A stretch of DNA of 62,599 nt from an uncultured virus (IMG/VR IMGVR_UViG_3300003937_000141) (lineage: Duplodnaviria > Heunggongvirae > Uroviricota > Caudoviricetes): the IMG/VR virus record IMGVR_UViG_3300003937_000141. The stretch is one strand, 5' to 3'. This document shows positions 57,270-62,599 of the stretch, piece after piece. The notes beneath the pieces were generated by a model. It was not told the DNA's origin. It searched no databases and saw only the letters and a list, made by a program, of their open reading frames with translations. Every line of letters begins with the position of its first letter. Position 1 is the stretch's first letter. A program made the position numbers and the translations under genes.

Positions 57270-57830
57270 ATGAATACAAAATTAAAAATAAAGAAAAAAC
57301 CTGAACACTATGTAGATAATAAAAAGTTTCTACTAGCGATGATAGAGTATAAGGATAAGTGTAGTAAAGCTGACAAGAGAAAAAGAAGCTCACCACCAGT
57401 TACTAATTATATTGGTGAATGTTTTTTGAAGATTGCGAATCACTTATCTTATAGACCTAATTTTATTAATTATACTTTTAGAGATGATATGATTTCTGAT
57501 GGTATAGAAAACTGTTTACAATATCTTAAAAACTTTAATCCCGAAAAGTCAAATAATCCATTTGCCTATTTTACACAAATCATTTACTATGCTTTTATTA
57601 GGAGAATACAGAAGGAAAAGAAACAATCTAATATTAAATATAAAATGATAGAACAAGCAGGTATAGATGAGTTTGCTGTATTGCCTGGCGATACAAACAA
57701 TGATTACAAGAATCAATTTTTAGATTTTTTAAGAAAGAACAGGCCTTCAACTGAAGAACCTGCAAAACATTCAGAAATAAAAGTTAAGAAAAGAAAAAAA
57801 AGAACCTACAAAAGTGTTTTGGATGTTTGA
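57270..57830 (+). CDS. gp55: late-transcription sigma factor gp55
   Basis: HYVDNK, IA..LS.RPNF.NYT, DMISDGIENC, NPFAYFTQI. Confidence 0.95.
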   Translation: MNTKLKIKKKPEHYVDNKKFLLAMIEYKDKCSKADKRKRSSPPVTNYIGECFLKIANHLSYRPNFINYTFRDDMISDGIENCLQYLKNFNPEKSNNPFAYFTQIIYYAFIRRIQKEKKQSNIKYKMIEQAGIDEFAVLPGDTNNDYKNQFLDFLRKNRPSTEEPAKHSEIKVKKRKKRTYKSVLDV

Positions 57831-57900
57831 TTGGTTTGATATGACCGCTATTACTATAGCGGCTATAGCTATAATAATATTCTTATTAATGGTAACCTAA
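57823..57900 (+). CDS. putative 25-aa single-TM microprotein, not in ORF track
   Basis: MFDWFDMTAITIAAIAIIIFLLMVT*; overlaps the gp55 stop and is TAATG-coupled to gp47. Confidence 0.45.
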   Translation: MFDWFDMTAITIAAIAIIIFLLMVT

Positions 57901-58967
57901 TGAAGATTGCAATATTAAACGATACTCACTTTGGTGTTCGTAATGACAGCGAAGCGTTTAGAAATTATCAGCTTAGATTTTATAACGAAATCTTTTTCCC
58001 ATATTTACAAGAACACAACATTAAAACTTTGGTACACCTAGGTGATGTTGTTGACAGAAGAAAGTTTATTAACTTTCAAACTGCTTCTATTTTTAGAAGA
58101 AAATTTTGGGATAGACTTTATGAAGAACAAATTGATACACACATTATAATAGGTAACCACGATACTTATTTTAAAAATACTAATAATGTTAACGCTGTAG
58201 AAAATTTATATTCAACCTTTGACAAAAAAAATGAACCGTGGGTTTATACTAAAGCAGAAGTAGTAAATTTTGATGGTACTGATATTTTATTTGTACCTTG
58301 GATTTGTGATGACAATAGAGAACACTCTATAGAAATGTTGCAACACGCTAAAGCAGAATTAATATTTGGACATTTAGAGATTAAAGGTATTGAAATGCAG
58401 AATGGAATTATCAATGAATATGGTAATGATAAAGCAGATTTTAGTAGATTTGAAAGAGTTATATCAGGACACTTTCACAAACATACAGATGATGGCCAAA
58501 TACATTATTGTGGTGCTCAATATGAAATGACTTGGTCAGATTATAAAGACCCTAAAGCATTTACTATATTTGATACAGAAACAAGAGAGTTAACAAGAAT
58601 AAGCAACCCTTATACAATTCATAAAAAAATAATATATGATGATAAAAAGAACAACTATGACCTTTTTGATATACAACCTTATCATAATCACTTCATTAAA
58701 TTAATAGTATTAAATAAGACAAATGACCAAGTATTTGACAAATTTGTGGAAAGATTGTATAATGATATAACGGTACACGACTTAAATATTATAGAGGATT
58801 ATTCTGATATTAAAGCAAGTGTCCGAGAAGATATTTTAGAAATGGGCGAAGATACAGTTACATTTTTAAATAATTATGTTGACCAGTTGGAAACAGATGT
58901 GAATAAAACAAGATTAAAACAATATTTGAAATCCATTTACATAGAAGCAAGTGATACTAAAGCGTGA
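57900..58967 (+). CDS. gp47: recombination endonuclease gp47 (Mre11/SbcD-like)
   Basis: DTHFG, LGD, GNHD, GHLE, SGHFH. Confidence 0.94.
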   Translation: MKIAILNDTHFGVRNDSEAFRNYQLRFYNEIFFPYLQEHNIKTLVHLGDVVDRRKFINFQTASIFRRKFWDRLYEEQIDTHIIIGNHDTYFKNTNNVNAVENLYSTFDKKNEPWVYTKAEVVNFDGTDILFVPWICDDNREHSIEMLQHAKAELIFGHLEIKGIEMQNGIINEYGNDKADFSRFERVISGHFHKHTDDGQIHYCGAQYEMTWSDYKDPKAFTIFDTETRELTRISNPYTIHKKIIYDDKKNNYDLFDIQPYHNHFIKLIVLNKTNDQVFDKFVERLYNDITVHDLNIIEDYSDIKASVREDILEMGEDTVTFLNNYVDQLETDVNKTRLKQYLKSIYIEASDTKA

Positions 58968-59161
58968 TACCTGATAATAAAAACCAAGATAGAATTTATG
59001 TAGATACAACACATATTGCTTGTCAAGCAGATCATCCTAGAGTATTCTATACACCTAACAAAGATGGTTATGTTGTTTGTGAATATTGTAATGTAATGTT
59101 TGTATTAAAAGAAGACGCTGATACTACAACGGAGAGGTTATTTGTATATGATATACTTTAA
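58964..59161 (+). CDS. zf-CHCC zinc-finger protein
   Basis: IAC...HPRVFY...VVCEYC; GTGA coupling. Confidence 0.7.
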   Translation: MIPDNKNQDRIYVDTTHIACQADHPRVFYTPNKDGYVVCEYCNVMFVLKEDADTTTERLFVYDIL

Positions 59162-60860
59162 AAAATTAAGATGGCGTAATTTTCTATCTACAGGTAATCA
59201 ATTTATAGAGGTTGACCTAGCAAAGTCACCATCAACATTAATTATTGGTATGAATGGTGCAGGTAAATCAACTTTACTTGACGCATTATGTTTTGCTTTA
59301 TTCAATCGGTCATTTAGAGATATTAAAAAAGAGCAACTTGTTAATACAATTAATAATGCTGATTGTGAAATAGAGTGTGAGTTTGAAACACATAACAAAA
59401 GATATAAAATTATAAGAGGTATTAAACCAAATGTATTTGAGATATATTCTGATGGTGTTCTATTAGACCAAATGGCTTCTAATATAGACTATCAAAATAT
59501 GTTAGAAACAAATATTTTAAAATGTAATTATCGTGCCTTTTGTCAAGTTGTTATATTAGGTTCTACTTCTTATGAACCTTTTATGCACCTACGTGCTAGA
59601 TATAGACGAGAGGTTGTAGAGGAAATATTAGACATAAGAGTCTTTAGTCATATGGACTTATTATTAAGACAGAAACAAGGTGAGTTAAACAAATCTGTTG
59701 TTGATGTTAAACACCGATATGATTTAATGAAGGAGAAATTAGAATTACAGAACACCCATTTTGCACAAATACAAGATAGAGATAATACTGATATAGAATA
59801 TAGAAAAGAACAATTAAAAGAAAACGCTCAAAGTAATTATGACTACAATCAGAAATTACAATTACTTAATGAAAAAATCATATCTACAAAAGCAGAGGTA
59901 TGGGGTGGTGACCAACATAATAAAAAGGCAAATGAATTATATAAACTTGAAGCGAAGATTGAAACTAATTTAGAAAGACATAAAAGCAGTTTAAACTTTT
60001 TTAAAAACAATGATAACTGTCCTACTTGTACACAACCAATTGATTTAACATTTAAACAAAACAAACTTGTTGAAGAAAATGCAAAGATATGGAAATTAGA
60101 ATCGGGATTAAAAGAATTATCTAAAGAGGCAGAAATAACAGAAGCGAAAATAGAAGAAATGAATAAAATCGCTGAAAAATTATCTGAATTAAATATATCT
60201 GTGGCTAAAGTAAACACTTCTATTTCAGAAATCAATAGACACTCCAATAGAATCGATACTGAAATTTCTAAACTAGAAAGTGATAAACAAAATACAAGTA
60301 AAGTTGCTGAAGAATTACAAAAACTTAAAGATGGTTTAGTTGATGTTAATTTAGAAAAAGAAAAGGTTGTAGAAGAAAAGAAATATATTGATATTGCTAG
60401 AGAAATACTTAATGACACAGGTGTTAAAGCAAACATCATTAAGAAGTATCTACCTATAATGAATAACTTAATTAATAAGTATTTACAATCTATGGACTTC
60501 TTTGTTAACTTTAATTTAGATGAGGAGTTTAACGAAACAATTAAAAGTCGCCATAGAGATACATTTAATTATAATAGTTTTAGTGAAGGTGAGAAATTAA
60601 GAATAGACCTTGCATTATTATTTACGTGGCGTACTATTGCCAAAATGAAAAACAGTACAAACACAAACTTATTAATACTTGATGAAATATTTGATAGTAG
60701 TTTAGACGGTCAAGGTACCGAAGACTTTTTTAAAATACTTAAATCACTATCAAAAGAAAATACATTTATTATATCTCATAAAGGGGACATACTATTTGAT
60801 AGGTTTACAAATATAATTAAATTTGAAAAATACAAAAACTTTACAAGGTTAGCACAATGA
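59148..60860 (+). CDS. gp46: recombination ATPase gp46 (Rad50/SbcC-like)
   Basis: NFLSTGN, G.NGAGKST, CPTC zinc hook, FSEGEK, LDEIFDSSLD. Confidence 0.95.
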   Translation: MIYFKKLRWRNFLSTGNQFIEVDLAKSPSTLIIGMNGAGKSTLLDALCFALFNRSFRDIKKEQLVNTINNADCEIECEFETHNKRYKIIRGIKPNVFEIYSDGVLLDQMASNIDYQNMLETNILKCNYRAFCQVVILGSTSYEPFMHLRARYRREVVEEILDIRVFSHMDLLLRQKQGELNKSVVDVKHRYDLMKEKLELQNTHFAQIQDRDNTDIEYRKEQLKENAQSNYDYNQKLQLLNEKIISTKAEVWGGDQHNKKANELYKLEAKIETNLERHKSSLNFFKNNDNCPTCTQPIDLTFKQNKLVEENAKIWKLESGLKELSKEAEITEAKIEEMNKIAEKLSELNISVAKVNTSISEINRHSNRIDTEISKLESDKQNTSKVAEELQKLKDGLVDVNLEKEKVVEEKKYIDIAREILNDTGVKANIIKKYLPIMNNLINKYLQSMDFFVNFNLDEEFNETIKSRHRDTFNYNSFSEGEKLRIDLALLFTWRTIAKMKNSTNTNLLILDEIFDSSLDGQGTEDFFKILKSLSKENTFIISHKGDILFDRFTNIIKFEKYKNFTRLAQ

Positions 60861-61411
60861 TATATGAATTGTTACCACCAACTGATACAAGAGTCCTGTC
60901 AAGCATAGCACCTTTTGATATTGATGTTTTTAAAAAGGAAGAAAAAATAGAACTAAAAGAATTTGTAGATAATATGTTTGAAACAATGACAAAGTATGGA
61001 GGCATAGGTCTATCATCAAACCAAGTAGGCAAACCTTATCGTATGTTTGTAATGGGTTCTCATTCCGCAATACACAAAGGTAAAAAATGGGCGTGTATTA
61101 ATCCAACAATAGTATCAGCAAGTAAACAGACAACAAGATTAAAAGAAGGTTGTTTAACATATCCTTTTTTATTTTTAGATATAGAACGACCAAGTGCTGT
61201 CAAGGTTAAATACTTTGATGAAGAAATGAAAGAACAGGAAGAAGAAATGATTGGCATTGTGAGTAGATGTTACCAACACGAGCTAGATCATATGAACGGA
61301 ACAGTTTTTACAGAAAAAGTAAGTAAGTTTAAACTAGATTATGCTATGAGAAAACGTGATAAAGAAATAAGAAGGGTGCAAAGATTATGGAAACAAAGAC
61401 AAAAATCCTAA
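60857..61411 (+). CDS. def: peptide deformylase
   Basis: GIGLSSNQ, EGCLT, QHELDH. Confidence 0.92.
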   Translation: MIYELLPPTDTRVLSSIAPFDIDVFKKEEKIELKEFVDNMFETMTKYGGIGLSSNQVGKPYRMFVMGSHSAIHKGKKWACINPTIVSASKQTTRLKEGCLTYPFLFLDIERPSAVKVKYFDEEMKEQEEEMIGIVSRCYQHELDHMNGTVFTEKVSKFKLDYAMRKRDKEIRRVQRLWKQRQKS

Positions 61412-62001
61412 AAGAACTAGACTTACCTGAATACACACAAAGTTTAGATGATACTAATAAATTTTTAGATAGTCTAACTTATTCAGCAGTTAAAACAAAA
61501 TACAATGCAAAGGGTGATTGGGATGCTATATCAATAAAAGGATATAGTGATGACATAAACAATATTTTAAAACCAGGTGTATTAAAATCAGATGTTGAAG
61601 ACAAACCATTAAGATGGACAAGTCTATATGAAGAGCCTGCATTGTTACCTTTAAAAGAAATACTATCTCATATACCAGCAGAGTTTGAAAGAGTAAGAGT
61701 TATGAGATTAAAAGCAGGTACAACTATAAAAAAACATACAGATAAGGTTGATAAAGAAATAAAGAGTGGTAACATTATAAGATTACATATACCATTAAGA
61801 ACAAATGATAACGTACATTTTTATCTATGGGAAGGTAAAGTAGAACAACACTTTAATTTACAAGTTGGAAGATACTATTTTGTAGATGTATCTAAACCAC
61901 ACGCTGTACATAATAAGACAACTTTTGATAGATTACATTTAGTAGTAGATTGTTATAATAATCCTAGATTAAAAAATCTATTGAAGCAAGGAGACGAATG
62001 A
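61387..62001 (+). CDS. Asp/Asn beta-hydroxylase-like 2OG-Fe(II) oxygenase
   Basis: RVRVMRL, HTD, RLHIPL, HAVHN, RLHLVVD. Confidence 0.8.
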   Translation: METKTKILKELDLPEYTQSLDDTNKFLDSLTYSAVKTKYNAKGDWDAISIKGYSDDINNILKPGVLKSDVEDKPLRWTSLYEEPALLPLKEILSHIPAEFERVRVMRLKAGTTIKKHTDKVDKEIKSGNIIRLHIPLRTNDNVHFYLWEGKVEQHFNLQVGRYYFVDVSKPHAVHNKTTFDRLHLVVDCYNNPRLKNLLKQGDE

Positions 62002-62435
62002 TCTTTGCAAAAAAAAGTGATTTTAAGAAAGTAAAAGAAATATTTTATAGTCATAAGAAATGGTTTCCTCACGTAAGAACTGACTATATGAAAAGGATGA
62101 TTGCAAGAAAACAACTAATTTTAGAAGACGGTATATTGATAACCTTTCATCACGCTAAAAGAAGACAGACAATAGGTGATGTTCACGTTAGAAAAGGCGA
62201 TACTGTATTACACCAAATTGCAAGTGATTCGCCAGGGTCTGGTAAAGGTCAAGCAATATTAAATGACTTTTTTGACTATTGTCCTAGAGATGTGTTTTTA
62301 TCAGTTAGAGCTGACAACTTGACTGCAAACAGATTTTATGTTAAAATGAATATGAATTTAATTGGTAGTACTAGTTGGGCAAAAGGTACATTACCAGGGA
62401 ATGTATATGTCAAACGCAAAAAGATTTGGCATTAA
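61998..62435 (+). CDS. GNAT-family acetyltransferase-like protein
   Basis: LHQIA...GSGKG, LSVRADN..ANRFY. Confidence 0.7.
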   Translation: MIFAKKSDFKKVKEIFYSHKKWFPHVRTDYMKRMIARKQLILEDGILITFHHAKRRQTIGDVHVRKGDTVLHQIASDSPGSGKGQAILNDFFDYCPRDVFLSVRADNLTANRFYVKMNMNLIGSTSWAKGTLPGNVYVKRKKIWH

Positions 62436-62458
62436 AAAAAAGGAGAATAAAGAATAAA

Positions 62459-62599
62459 ATGAAAATATTATGTATATTATATGATGATCCAAAAGACGGT
62501 ATGCCAAAATCATATCCAGTCAAAGACTTACCAAAATTAGAAAAGTATCCAGATGGTATGACATTACCATCACCTAAAGGAAGAGATTTCAACGCAGGA
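62459..62599 (+). CDS. fdh: NAD-dependent formate dehydrogenase, N-terminal 47 aa (3'-truncated by window)
   Basis: MKILCILYDDPKDGMPKSYPVKDLPKLEKYPDGMTLPSPKGRDFNAG matches the bacterial FDH N-terminal signature (LCVLYDDPxxGxP...LP...YP.G..LPTPK..DF..G); AAGGAG upstream. Confidence 0.85.
   Translation, partial: MKILCILYDDPKDGMPKSYPVKDLPKLEKYPDGMTLPSPKGRDFNAG

Noticed and set aside
62441..62458. AGAATAA tandem duplication lengthening the SD-ATG spacing of fdh
   Set aside because: A 7-nt repeat in very AT-rich DNA is expected by chance; no function can be supported
62410..62592. 60-aa minus-strand ORF at the window end
   Set aside because: Antisense to the recognisable formate dehydrogenase N-terminus
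1..62599. tRNA genes, introns, inteins, homing endonucleases, integrase
   Set aside because: Intergenic gaps are short with no cloverleaf seen, core genes (gp17, gp20, gp23, uvsW, gp46) have ordinary lengths, and no such motifs were recognised. tRNAscan/Infernal were not run.

Overview
AT-rich fragment of a T4-like (myovirus) phage genome, most consistent with a marine phage of an Alphaproteobacterium such as SAR11/Pelagibacter (inferred from host-type genes; no database search was run). Layout: (i) 1-20.7 kb, an accessory island of tailoring enzymes (SDR epimerase, glycosyltransferases, carbamoyltransferase, DegT aminotransferase, methyltransferase, radical SAM enzymes including a cobalamin-binding one, four 2OG-Fe(II) oxygenases, ATP-grasp ligase) and uptake proteins (DUF6580/BtuM-like, TctA, TctC), apparently driven by two near-palindromic back-to-back late promoters; (ii) 20.7-35.4 kb, Thr/Ser/Gly-rich modular fibre/structural genes; (iii) 35.5-49.8 kb, the T4 core morphogenesis block gp13-gp23 and gp3; (iv) 49.8-54 kb, an inserted rSAM-nitroreductase-cysteine hydrolase-rSAM cassette; (v) 54-62.6 kb, uvsY, uvsW, gp55, gp47, zf-CHCC, gp46, peptide deformylase, an oxygenase, a GNAT and, missed by the ORF track, the N-terminus of an NAD-dependent formate dehydrogenase at the window end. 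Product calls rest on motif recognition and gene order only.
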